NCBI GenBank assembly: GCA_040004125.1
Contig: JBDUBL010000004.1
Location: 1 to 61,804 of the forward strand
Source of the DNA: Actinomycetota bacterium
Lineage (GTDB): Bacteria; Actinomycetota; UBA4738; HRBIN12
Direction: 5' to 3'
DNA length: 61,804 nt
Shown: positions 50,654 to 59,564 of the stretch, piece by piece
How positions within the stretch are numbered: the stretch's first letter is position 1
Layout of the letters: the number at the start of each line of letters is the position of its first letter
The notes under the pieces: generated by a model
What the model saw: only the letters and a program-made list of their open reading frames with translations
The model's database searches: none
What the model was told of the DNA's origin: nothing
Position numbers and translations under genes: made by a program

Positions 50654-51802
50654 CTACCCGAGGAGCGCGCGGCCCATCTGCTTGCGGTACCGCTCGTTGA
50701 AGTCGTACAGGAACCGGTCCTGGCGCGGATAGACACCGGTGGTGAACGCGCGCGACCCGACGCCCGTCTGCGCGCGCTGACAGATCTCCCAATCCTGCTT
50801 GGAGATCATGTCCCACAGCTCCACGACCGGTTCCGGCTTGAACAGCGCCGGGTCTGAGATCGTCTCGGGTCGGAACAGGTACTCGGACACGACGGTCGTG
50901 TGCCCCGGCCCGTTCGGGTAACCGATGTAGTACATGACGCAGTCCGGGTGGAGATTCAACAGTAGGTTCGGGAACTGGTAGGCCCCGAAATACATCGAGT
51001 AGTCCTCGGGCTGGAGGTCGGGGAACTTCGGCAGCTCGGACTCGCCGCTGATCGTGAAGCTGGTGGCGCCGTCCTTCATCCAGTTGCCGTCGTCGCGCGT
51101 TTCCTCGTCCCAGACCTCGCCGAAGCGAAAGAGCGGCACCACCTGCACCAGTTCGGGGTGCACCTGCGGACAGTGCAGACACTCGTTGTAGTTCTCCACA
51201 ACGATCTTCCAGTTCGCGGCGACCTCATAGACGATCCGCACGCCGACGCGGAGCTCGTCGAGCTTGAACCGGTCGAACATCGTCACGCTCTCCGCGCCCC
51301 CGTTGAGGAACTCCATGAACGAGCTCGGCTCGCTCGCCAGGCTCGCAAAGATGAAGCCGCCGTAGGTCTCGACCGCGAACCCGTGCAGCGGGTAATCGCC
51401 CCGGTCGAACAGCTCGCCTTCCTTCACGTTCGGCGAACCGATCAGCCGGCCGTTGAGGTCGTAGGCCCACGCGTGATAGGGGCACACGAACGCCTTCCGC
51501 ACGTTGCCCGCGGCCGGCTCGTCATCGAGGAACTTCGTGCCGCGATGCCTGCACACGTTGTAGAAGCCGTGCAGCTCTCCGTGGTCGTTGCGCACGAGGA
51601 AGACCGACTCCCCGGCAAGGTCCCGCACGATGTAGTCGCCGGGGTTGGGCAACTCCTCGGTGCGCCCGAGGCAGACCCAGTCGCCCCACCAGACTTTCTC
51701 GCGCTCCTCGTCGTAGATCGACGGCTCGGTGTAGTCGGCGCCCGTCAGGGTCGGGCGGGGCTTCCACTCGGTTTCGTCGTAGCGGATGGGTTGGGTCTGC
51801 AT
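50654..51802 (-). CDS. Rieske non-heme iron oxygenase alpha subunit (GbcA/Stc2/choline monooxygenase-like)
   Basis: CRHRG...CPYHAW Rieske ligands; NWKIVVENYNECLHCPQVHP; QDWEIC; GAGGAG RBS. Confidence 0.9.
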   Translation of the reverse strand: MQTQPIRYDETEWKPRPTLTGADYTEPSIYDEEREKVWWGDWVCLGRTEELPNPGDYIVRDLAGESVFLVRNDHGELHGFYNVCRHRGTKFLDDEPAAGNVRKAFVCPYHAWAYDLNGRLIGSPNVKEGELFDRGDYPLHGFAVETYGGFIFASLASEPSSFMEFLNGGAESVTMFDRFKLDELRVGVRIVYEVAANWKIVVENYNECLHCPQVHPELVQVVPLFRFGEVWDEETRDDGNWMKDGATSFTISGESELPKFPDLQPEDYSMYFGAYQFPNLLLNLHPDCVMYYIGYPNGPGHTTVVSEYLFRPETISDPALFKPEPVVELWDMISKQDWEICQRAQTGVGSRAFTTGVYPRQDRFLYDFNERYRKQMGRALLG

Positions 51803-51880
51803 CGTCGGCTCCTCGTCGGTCTCAGCCCAGGATAAGCGGTCGATCGCCACCTCCGGTAGACGGCCGATACGATATCCCGC

Positions 51881-52645
51881 ATGCTCGAGGTCGCCGGATT
51901 CAACATCACGCCGGTGAAGTCCACGGCGTTGCAGCGGCCCGATGTGCTGGACCTCCGTCGGGAAGGAGCCGTGGGTGACCGGCGGTTCCTGTTCATGCGA
52001 GACGATGGTTCACGCCTGTCCGGCATCTCCAAAGCATCCTTGATGCCGATCCAGGCGACCTACGACGCGGTGGGGGAACGCCTGACGCTGAGCTTCGCCG
52101 ACGGCGGGAGGGCGCAAGGCGATGCGCGGCCGACCGGTCCGGCCAAGACCGTCGCGCTCTATGACCGGACGATCTCGGTGCATGCGGTCGACGAGGGGCT
52201 GACGCGAGCGGTCCGCGCGCAGATCGGAGACGACACCGTCACGCTGGCTCGCGCCGACGAGCCGGATTCCGCGGGGGGCATCCATCGCGCCTCGATCCTG
52301 TCGCGCGCATCGATCCGGGACGTTGGACGACGCACCGGCGACGAGGCCCTCGATCCACGGCGGTTCCGGATGCTGATCGAGGTGGAGGGATGCCACCCGT
52401 TTGAGGAGGACACGTGGGAGGGCAAGCGTGTGCGCTTCGGCGATGCCGTCCTGCGGATCGGCGACCGGATGCCCCGCTGCGTCATGACCACCCTGGACCC
52501 CGACACCGGGGTGCAGAACGCGAGGGTCTTGGACGCGCTCGCGCAGCACCGAAAGACGGGCGAGAAGCTGTACCTCGGCATGTACGCGGAGGTCGAGCGG
52601 CCCGGCCTGATCCGGCGTGGCGACCCGGTGGCGGTGCTTGCCTAG
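51881..52645 (+). CDS. MOSC domain (mARC/YcbX-like) molybdoprotein
   Basis: TPVKS, GDRRF, DPRRFR, RCVMTT; ATG 7 nt after TACGAT. Confidence 0.85.
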   Translation: MLEVAGFNITPVKSTALQRPDVLDLRREGAVGDRRFLFMRDDGSRLSGISKASLMPIQATYDAVGERLTLSFADGGRAQGDARPTGPAKTVALYDRTISVHAVDEGLTRAVRAQIGDDTVTLARADEPDSAGGIHRASILSRASIRDVGRRTGDEALDPRRFRMLIEVEGCHPFEEDTWEGKRVRFGDAVLRIGDRMPRCVMTTLDPDTGVQNARVLDALAQHRKTGEKLYLGMYAEVERPGLIRRGDPVAVLA

Positions 52646-53067
52646 CCGGTCGTGAACGCGCGGAGCTCGGCGGCGTGCTCCTCGTAGTGTTCGAAGGTCT
52701 CGCCGGTGAACTCCTCGACCGCCGCATCGGTGAGCGTCGGCAAGGCTCGAAGCCCGGTACGCGCGCGCTCCCGGTTGTGCTCGGACCGCACGATGATCTC
52801 GTCCCAACTCATGCCGCGGCCATCTTCGATCACCTTGTCGTTGACGTCGTCCCAGTCCTGGTCTTCGAGCGTCTCACCGCGTGCGATCCGCTCGAGGGCG
52901 TCGCCCACGTAGCCCGCCCAGTAGCCGCAGTGCCAGACGAGATCCTGCGTCGACCAACCGGGGACGACCCCTTCCCGGTCACGCTGATCGTCGGGCACCG
53001 CCGCGAACGCATCCACGAACGCCAGCCACGCCTGATCCTCTCGCTGCAACAGTTCCTCGGTGTTCAT
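52642..53067 (-). CDS. DinB / maleylpyruvate-isomerase-like four-helix bundle protein
   Basis: GWSTQDLVWHC and EHYEEH motifs; GAGGGGG RBS. Confidence 0.75.
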   Translation of the reverse strand: MNTEELLQREDQAWLAFVDAFAAVPDDQRDREGVVPGWSTQDLVWHCGYWAGYVGDALERIARGETLEDQDWDDVNDKVIEDGRGMSWDEIIVRSEHNRERARTGLRALPTLTDAAVEEFTGETFEHYEEHAAELRAFTTG

Positions 53068-53246
53068 CGTGCCCCCTCGATCCCGGAGCCTCGACGATAC
53101 CTGCCTCGACGCGGGGCGGGATCGGGGCGTCAGATGACGCCGATCCTGGTCACTGCGCTCGCGATCGTGGTTCAGGAGTCGGCGCGACTGCCGTTCATCC
53201 AGCGCCTCAGTCGCCACCGCGCAGCCGCAGATCCGAGCAACGAGTC

Positions 53247-54587
53247 CTAGTCCGCGATCGCGCCGATGCAGTCCTCGAAAGCCTCCAGCGTGCGGTCGAC
53301 GTCCTCGTCGGTGTGTTGCGCGGACATCGAGAACTCCTCGAACCAGGCCGAGCCCATCGGGATCACGCCGCGGTTCAGCATGCCGAACCAGTAGTCGTCC
53401 CAGCGCGCCGTGTCGTTCTTGCACGCCTCGCGGAAGGTGTTCGGCTGCTCGTCGAGTCCGAAGAACAACCCACCAAGCGTGTTCACTTGCGTGACGTGCG
53501 CGGTGACACCCTTGTCCTTGAACACCTCGCGCATCCCGTCGGCGAGCCGCGTCGTGAGCCGCGTCATCTCCTTGTAGGTGTCGTCGGTCATCACCTTTGT
53601 CAGACACGCGAGCCCCGCGGCCATCGCCAGAGGGTTCGCGTTGTACGTGCCGAAGTGGACCATCGACCCGAGCGGCGTGACGTGTTCCATCAGCTCGCGA
53701 CGCCCGCCGAACGCGCCGACCGGCACGCCGCCACCGATCGCCTTTGCCAGCGTGACGAGGTCGCCCTTGACTCCCCAGTACTCGGTCGCCCCGCCCGGAG
53801 CGATCCGGCAGCCGAGCTTGACCTCGTCCATGATCAGCACCGAGCCCTTGGCGGTGCACAGCGCACGCACCGCCTCGAGGTAGCCGGGCAACGGTGGGAT
53901 CACACCGCCGTTGGTCATCGCCGGTTCGATGATCACCCCGGCGACATCGCCGTCGTGCTCGTCGAAGGCGCGCTGCATCATGTCGATGTCGTTGAACGAC
54001 ACCACCGTCGTGTACTCCGTCGAGGCGGGCAGCAGCCCGGCCGAATCGGCGGTGGCGTTCGGGTGGGTGTCGGGGCCGGCCGCATCGGCCGGGGCGCCGC
54101 CGATCGAGACCAAGAGGTGGTCGGTCCCCCCGTGATACTGGCCCTCGATCTTCACGATCGTCTTGCGCCCGGTCGCGGCGCGCGCCAGCCGGATCGCGGT
54201 CTGGGTCGCCTCCACGCCCGACTGCGTGAAGCGGATCATGTCGATCGAGCCCGGGTAGCGACGGATCACTTCTTCGGCCAGCATGGCGGCGAGCTCGGTC
54301 GGCATGCCGTAGAGCGTGCCGTGCGCGGCCTGCTTCTGGATCGCCTCGACGATGATCGGGTTCGCGTGTCCGGCGACCATCGCCGCGTAGCACAGCGAGT
54401 AGTCGATGTACTCGTTGCCGTCGAGGTCCCAGACGCGCGAACCCTTCGAGTCGCCCACGTACAACGGGTAGGGCGGCTTGAACTGGATCGCGCTGCCGAC
54501 GCCACCGGGGATCACCTTGGCGGCCCGCTCCCAGGCGACCTTCCCCTTCGGGGTCCTGCGCTCGTACTCCGCAACGCCGTCGGTCAT
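53247..54587 (-). CDS. Class III PLP aminotransferase, HemL-like paralog
   Basis: WDLDGNEYIDY, FTQSGVEA, MDEVK, LAKAIGGGVPVGAFGG, GTYNANPL. Confidence 0.85.
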   Translation of the reverse strand: MTDGVAEYERRTPKGKVAWERAAKVIPGGVGSAIQFKPPYPLYVGDSKGSRVWDLDGNEYIDYSLCYAAMVAGHANPIIVEAIQKQAAHGTLYGMPTELAAMLAEEVIRRYPGSIDMIRFTQSGVEATQTAIRLARAATGRKTIVKIEGQYHGGTDHLLVSIGGAPADAAGPDTHPNATADSAGLLPASTEYTTVVSFNDIDMMQRAFDEHDGDVAGVIIEPAMTNGGVIPPLPGYLEAVRALCTAKGSVLIMDEVKLGCRIAPGGATEYWGVKGDLVTLAKAIGGGVPVGAFGGRRELMEHVTPLGSMVHFGTYNANPLAMAAGLACLTKVMTDDTYKEMTRLTTRLADGMREVFKDKGVTAHVTQVNTLGGLFFGLDEQPNTFREACKNDTARWDDYWFGMLNRGVIPMGSAWFEEFSMSAQHTDEDVDRTLEAFEDCIGAIAD

Positions 54588-54641
54588 GGTCGCTTCCCTC
54601 CGTCGGGTGGTGGAGGCGTTCCGGGGCCTCCGGATCTGCCG

Positions 54642-54694
54642 AGTCTAGGTGTCGTTTCTCACTGGGAACAAGCAGCTCTCGTATCGTGAGAACC
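54642..54694 (-). promoter_or_regulatory. Promoter with TCTCAC/GTGAGA operator array (copy B)
   Basis: GGTTCTCACGATACGAGAGCTGC-TTGTTC-N18-TAGACT; gapless 32/53 match to 59565-59617. Confidence 0.75.
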
Positions 54695-54696
54695 GT

Positions 54697-55872
54697 TCAC
54701 CAGCGCACCGAGAGCGTCGCAGGGCCTCGATACTCCCAGCCGCGAAACACCGGTGCGTGGTCGGGGTCGAGACGCAACCGCGGGAAACGCTCGAGCAGCA
54801 GCGACAGGCCGGTCCGCATCTGTATCCGAGCGAGTTGATGGCCCACGCAAAAATGCGGCCCGAACCCGAACGCGGCGTTCGCGTGCTTCGGTCGTTCGAT
54901 GTCGAAGACGTCGGCGGCGTCGCCCCACACGGTCTCGTCGCGATTCGCCGACGGGATCATCAACCCGACGCCTTCACCAGGCGGGATCGTTATGCCCGCA
55001 ACGGTCGCCTCGCGACCCGCGACCCGCCCCTGCGTCCCGATCGGCGAGACCCAGCGCAAGCCCTCGTCGACCGCCCGGCGGACCAGCGTCTGTGGGTCCG
55101 CCCGCACGGCCGCGAGCTGGTCGGGATGCTCGAGCAAGCCGACAACCGTCGAGCCAAGCCCGTGCGCCGGCTCCTGCAAGCCGCCGATCAACGCCACCTT
55201 GAGCGTCGGGAGGAAGCCGCGCATTCGCGTATCGAGGTCGCCGTCCTCTGCATGCAGCATCTCGGAGAGCATCGAGTCGTCGGGCTCCGCGAGCAGCCGC
55301 GCCAGACGCGGGCGGAGCACCGCGTCGACCTCGGCGGCCGTCGCGTCCGCGATGGATTGTTTCTCGGGATCGTTCTCGTAGTTCGACGTACCTCCCGCGA
55401 TATCGTGGAACCACCTGCGCAGCGTCGGTGCGTCGAGATGCTCGGGCAGGCCGATCACGCGGGCGAGCGACAGCACGGCCAGCGGTTCGCAATACGCGTC
55501 CATCAGATCGGCCGTGCCCTCGGCGGCAAGTCCGTCCAGCAGCTCGGTCGCGATGGCGGCGACGACATCGGGCGCCGTCTGCTCGATCCGGCGTGGGCGG
55601 AGCGTGCGTTCCATCGGCTCGCGCCAGTGTTCCTGTTCGTTGCCGTCGACCGTGAGCACGGTCGCGCCGCCGCAGGTGCGGTCTAGCGGCGAGCCAGCGA
55701 ACCCCGCTGGGAAACGCGCCGGATCCTCGGCCGCCTCGACCAGATCCTGCCACCGGGTGACGAACCAGAGGCCGACCGAAGGGACCCACGCGATGGGCGC
55801 CTCGCGCCGAAGACGTGCATAGACGGGGTAGGGGTCGCGCTCGAGCTCTTCGACGGTCACGCTCTCGGTCAC
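54697..55872 (-). CDS. Cytochrome P450, GcoA/CYP255-like
   Basis: EGLRW (ExxR), FGFGPHFCVG heme Cys, I-helix GGLQEPAH, N-terminal VTVEELERDPY, C-terminal RGWEYRGP. Confidence 0.9.
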   Translation of the reverse strand: MTESVTVEELERDPYPVYARLRREAPIAWVPSVGLWFVTRWQDLVEAAEDPARFPAGFAGSPLDRTCGGATVLTVDGNEQEHWREPMERTLRPRRIEQTAPDVVAAIATELLDGLAAEGTADLMDAYCEPLAVLSLARVIGLPEHLDAPTLRRWFHDIAGGTSNYENDPEKQSIADATAAEVDAVLRPRLARLLAEPDDSMLSEMLHAEDGDLDTRMRGFLPTLKVALIGGLQEPAHGLGSTVVGLLEHPDQLAAVRADPQTLVRRAVDEGLRWVSPIGTQGRVAGREATVAGITIPPGEGVGLMIPSANRDETVWGDAADVFDIERPKHANAAFGFGPHFCVGHQLARIQMRTGLSLLLERFPRLRLDPDHAPVFRGWEYRGPATLSVRW

Positions 55873-58184
55873 GCCGATGCGCGACTCCCACGGGCGACGG
55901 CGTCGAGCACGCGTTCCGGTGTGATCGGAAGGGTCGTGGGTCGCGCGCCGACCGCATCGGCGATCGCCGCCGGGATCACCGCGATCGGCGGCCCGATCGG
56001 CGGCTCGCCGATCCCGCGGGCGCCGAACGGTCCGAGGCCCTCCCCCGACTCCAGGATCACGGTCTCGATGTCGGGCACGTCGGTCGCCGTGGGGATCATG
56101 TACTGGAACAACCCCGGCGTGAGGTTCACCCCCTCCTGCACGACGACGTCCTCCAGCAGCGCCTGCCCGAGACCCTGGACGACGGCGCCCGAGATCTGAC
56201 CCTCGACGCTCATCGGGTTGATCGCCCGCCCGACGTCGTGGGCCGCGATGTAGCGGAGGATCCGGACCTCGCCGGTATCCAGATCGACCTCCACATCGGC
56301 GAGGTGCGTGCCAAACGTGAAGTCCGGGAAGATGCGGTCGCCGTCGAGGTCGCGCGTAACCTCGGTTCCCTTGGGACCGAAGAAGGTGCCGAGTGCTTCG
56401 ATCGGCACGTTGCGGCGGCGGCAGGCCTGCAGCGCCGTGAGCAGCGGGGTCGCACCGTCGGGCCCGACGATCTCGCTCGGTTCGATGCGCAGCGAGTCGA
56501 TCGGCTGGCCGGTGTCGGCCGCCACGGCGCCGAGCACCTGGTCGCGCAACAGCACGGCGGCCTCGTACGTCGCGTTGCCCGACATCAGCAGCTGGCGTGT
56601 CGCGGTGGTGGTGCCCGCCAGCGGCGTCAACGCGGAGTCGCCGAAGTGCACGCTGATCCGGTCCATGTCGACGGCGAGGATCTCGCTCGCGATCTGCCCC
56701 AGCGACGAGGCCTGTCCTCCGCCGATGTCGGGCACGCCGCAGCGCACCGTCAACGACCCGTCCATCTCAAAGCCGATCCAGGCCGCCGAGCTGTCGTTCA
56801 GCCAGACGAGCCTCCCGTAGGACTGCATGTTCGAGGCGATTGCACGACCGACCGCTTTGCGGGGGCCACTGGGGACTGGTTTGTCGCCGGCGCGCTCCCG
56901 CACGGCGTCGATCGTCTGGGCGAGTTGCACCTCGGTGATGATCTCCTGGCCGACCGGCAGACGGTCGCCACGCGCCAGGGCGTTGCGCTTGCGGATCTCG
57001 CCGGGGTCGATCCCGAGCCTGCGCGACACCTCGTCGATCTGCGACTCGTAGCCCAGCACCATCTGCATCCCGCCGAAGCCGCGGAACGCCGAGGTTGGCG
57101 GGTTGTTCGTGTAGGCGGTCTTGGCGCGGATCCGCACGTTGGGCACGCGGTAGGGGCCGCACGCGTGCACGGTCGAGTACAGCAGCACCAACGCGGAAAG
57201 GTAGGCATAGGCGCCGGCGTCGGACACGATCTCGATGTCGTGTGCGAGCAGCGTCCCCTCGGCGTCGGCGGCGGTGCGATAGCGCATCACGTTGCGGTGG
57301 CGCTTGGCGCGGGCCAGGAGCGACTCGTTGCGGGTCCACAGCATCCGCACGGGCTTCCGGGTGCGGTGCACGGCGATCGCCAGATACGGCTCGACCGTCA
57401 TGTCCTCTTTGCCGCCGAAGCCGCCGCCCACATAGGGCGCGATCACCCGTACCTTGGCATCGGGCACACCCAGGATCTTCGCGACGTCGCGGTAATGCTC
57501 GACCACCTGGGTGGCCACCCGCAGGTTCAACACGCCGTCGTCGTCGAGCCACCCGACGCCGGCCTCGGGCTCGAGGTAGGCGTGATCGACGAACTGCGTG
57601 CGATAGGTCTCCTCGACGACCACGGCGGCGCCGGCGAACGCCTCGTCGACGTCGCCGCGGTCGATGTGCCACTCAGCCAGCAGGTTGCCGCCCTCGTGCA
57701 CCGACGGTGCGTCATCGGCGAGCGCAGCCTCAGGATCGCTCACGACCGGCATGTCTTCGTACTCGACCTCAACCAGCTCGCAGGCGATCGCGAGCGCGTC
57801 CTCGGTCTCGGCGATCACCAGCGCGATCGGCTCGCCATGGAACCGCACCCGGTCGGTGGCGAGCACCTGCATGCTCGCCTGCAACGCGCCGACTGCGATC
57901 GTCTGGCCGGGCACGTCGACGCGGATCTCGTTGTTCGGCACGTCCTCGCCGAGCAGCACGGAGATCACCCCTGGGACCGCGACCGCCGCGGTGACGTCGC
58001 GCCGGGTCAGCCGGGCGCTCGGCACCTGGGAGCGAACGAGCCGCGCGTGCAACATGCCCGCGAACGCCAGATCGCCGGCGTAGCGCGTCGTGCCGGCGAT
58101 CTTCTCGGCCTGATCGTGGCGCGCGAGCGGCTGGTGGACGACCCGAAGCTCTTCGATCTTGGAGGTGTGGATCTCACCGGTCAT
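55869..58184 (-). CDS. Xanthine dehydrogenase family molybdopterin-binding subunit
   Basis: GGGFGGK, AFRGFG, GQISG, GIGEPP; ATGA overlaps at both ends. Confidence 0.92.
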   Translation of the reverse strand: MTGEIHTSKIEELRVVHQPLARHDQAEKIAGTTRYAGDLAFAGMLHARLVRSQVPSARLTRRDVTAAVAVPGVISVLLGEDVPNNEIRVDVPGQTIAVGALQASMQVLATDRVRFHGEPIALVIAETEDALAIACELVEVEYEDMPVVSDPEAALADDAPSVHEGGNLLAEWHIDRGDVDEAFAGAAVVVEETYRTQFVDHAYLEPEAGVGWLDDDGVLNLRVATQVVEHYRDVAKILGVPDAKVRVIAPYVGGGFGGKEDMTVEPYLAIAVHRTRKPVRMLWTRNESLLARAKRHRNVMRYRTAADAEGTLLAHDIEIVSDAGAYAYLSALVLLYSTVHACGPYRVPNVRIRAKTAYTNNPPTSAFRGFGGMQMVLGYESQIDEVSRRLGIDPGEIRKRNALARGDRLPVGQEIITEVQLAQTIDAVRERAGDKPVPSGPRKAVGRAIASNMQSYGRLVWLNDSSAAWIGFEMDGSLTVRCGVPDIGGGQASSLGQIASEILAVDMDRISVHFGDSALTPLAGTTTATRQLLMSGNATYEAAVLLRDQVLGAVAADTGQPIDSLRIEPSEIVGPDGATPLLTALQACRRRNVPIEALGTFFGPKGTEVTRDLDGDRIFPDFTFGTHLADVEVDLDTGEVRILRYIAAHDVGRAINPMSVEGQISGAVVQGLGQALLEDVVVQEGVNLTPGLFQYMIPTATDVPDIETVILESGEGLGPFGARGIGEPPIGPPIAVIPAAIADAVGARPTTLPITPERVLDAVARGSRASA

Positions 58185-58669
58185 CGCGCGATCCCCTGCG
58201 CCTGCGCGTCTTCGATCGCATCCACGATGTCCGTGTATCCGGTGCAGCGGCACAGATTGCCGTGCAGTTGCTCTCGGATGTCGGCGCGGGACAGCGGCTC
58301 GGTCGCGTCGCGCAGCATCGCGTGCGCGCAGAGCAACATGCCGGGGGTGCAGAAGCCGCACTGTGCGGCGTGATGCTCGTGGAAGCGACGTTGCAGCGGG
58401 CCGAGGGAGCCGTCGGGCTCGCAGAGCCCGGCGGCGGTCGTGATCGCGGCGCCGTCGACCTGGGCCGCGAGCACGATACAGGCGCTCGCGGGCTCGCCGT
58501 CGACCAGAACCGTGCAGGCGCCGCAGACACCTTCGCCGCAGCCGTACTTCGGGTCGGTGACGTCGGCGAGATCGCGCAGCCAGCGCAGCAAGGACACGTG
58601 CCCGCCGGTCGTGCGGGTCGTGGGGGCACCGTTCACGGTGAGCGTGACCGTCACGTCGGTAGCGGTCAT
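58181..58669 (-). CDS. Xanthine dehydrogenase family 2Fe-2S subunit (CoxS-like)
   Basis: GCGEGVCGAC, QCGFCTPG, LCRCTG. Confidence 0.92.
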   Translation of the reverse strand: MTATDVTVTLTVNGAPTTRTTGGHVSLLRWLRDLADVTDPKYGCGEGVCGACTVLVDGEPASACIVLAAQVDGAAITTAAGLCEPDGSLGPLQRRFHEHHAAQCGFCTPGMLLCAHAMLRDATEPLSRADIREQLHGNLCRCTGYTDIVDAIEDAQAQGIAR

Positions 58670-59526
58670 GCGGCGACCCCGCGTGTGACGGCGTCGGTCA
58701 GCGCCCGCACTGCGAGCACCCGGGCGAGGTGCCGACGGTGCTCGGCGGTCGCGCTCACATCCGAAACCGGATCGATGCCCTCGATCGGCCCGATCCGATC
58801 CGCCAGCGTCGTCGCGTCGGCTCCCTCCACCGCGATCTCCACGGCGCCCAGCCGCTTCGGGCGTTCGGCGACGCCGGCGAGACCGAGCCGCGACTCGACG
58901 ACGCGCCCGTCTGCGACGCGGACCAGCGCGGCCGCCGCGCAGAGCGCGAAGTCGCCCCGGCGCCGCGAGACCTCGGCGAATCCCCAGCCCCACCCCGGGC
59001 CGAGCACCGGCACCTGCACCCGTTCGAGCAGCTCATTTTCGGCCAGCGACGTCGTGAAGTAGCTCTCGTGGAAATCGGTCGCCGCGACGGTTCGTGTCGT
59101 GGTGCCGTCGGTCAGGTCGTAGGTTGCGCCGGCGACGACCATCGCAAGCGGCAGCTCGGCCGCCGGATCCGAATGCGCCAACGAACCGCCCAGGGTCCCG
59201 CGCACACGGATCCGCGACGAGCCGACCCATCGAGCGGCCGCGGCCACCAGTGGCTGGCCGGCCGCGACGATCGGGTCGCGCTCGAGCTCGGCGTGCGTCC
59301 TCAACGCGCCGATCGAAAGGTATCCGTCGCGCTGCGCGATCTCGCTCGCCCCAGCGATATGCGTGACGTCGATCAGCGCCTCGAGGTCCAGCACGCCCAG
59401 GTTCATCATCGGCAGGAGGCTCTGCCCGCCGGCGAGGACCTTGGCGCTGCCGGCACCCTGGCGCAGCATCGCGGCCGCGTCGCCGAACGACGCGGCTCTC
59501 TCGTATCGGAACGGCTTCACGAACAC
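58666..59526 (-). CDS. Xanthine dehydrogenase family FAD subunit (CoxM-like)
   Basis: LAGGQSL, IRVRGTLGGSLAHSDPAAELP, RRRGDFA. Confidence 0.92.
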   Translation of the reverse strand: MFVKPFRYERAASFGDAAAMLRQGAGSAKVLAGGQSLLPMMNLGVLDLEALIDVTHIAGASEIAQRDGYLSIGALRTHAELERDPIVAAGQPLVAAAARWVGSSRIRVRGTLGGSLAHSDPAAELPLAMVVAGATYDLTDGTTTRTVAATDFHESYFTTSLAENELLERVQVPVLGPGWGWGFAEVSRRRGDFALCAAAALVRVADGRVVESRLGLAGVAERPKRLGAVEIAVEGADATTLADRIGPIEGIDPVSDVSATAEHRRHLARVLAVRALTDAVTRGVAA

Positions 59527-59564
59527 GCTCGTCCCCCATGTTCCTCGGCCGGCCGCGCGAGCGG

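Noticed and set aside
53247-54587. Calling this gene hemL
   Set aside because: No heme-pathway neighbours, DEVK-LGCR differs from HemL DEVM-TGFR, and its promoter is shared with the catabolic operon
55869-59526. Aerobic CO dehydrogenase (coxMSL)
   Set aside because: The active-site loop is AFRGFG, not AYRCSFR (form I) or AYRGAGR (form II); no coxDEFG accessory genes
53247-59526. Secondary-metabolite biosynthetic cluster (P450 plus aminotransferase)
   Set aside because: No NRPS, PKS, terpene, RiPP or other scaffold-building gene; the enzyme set is degradative in character
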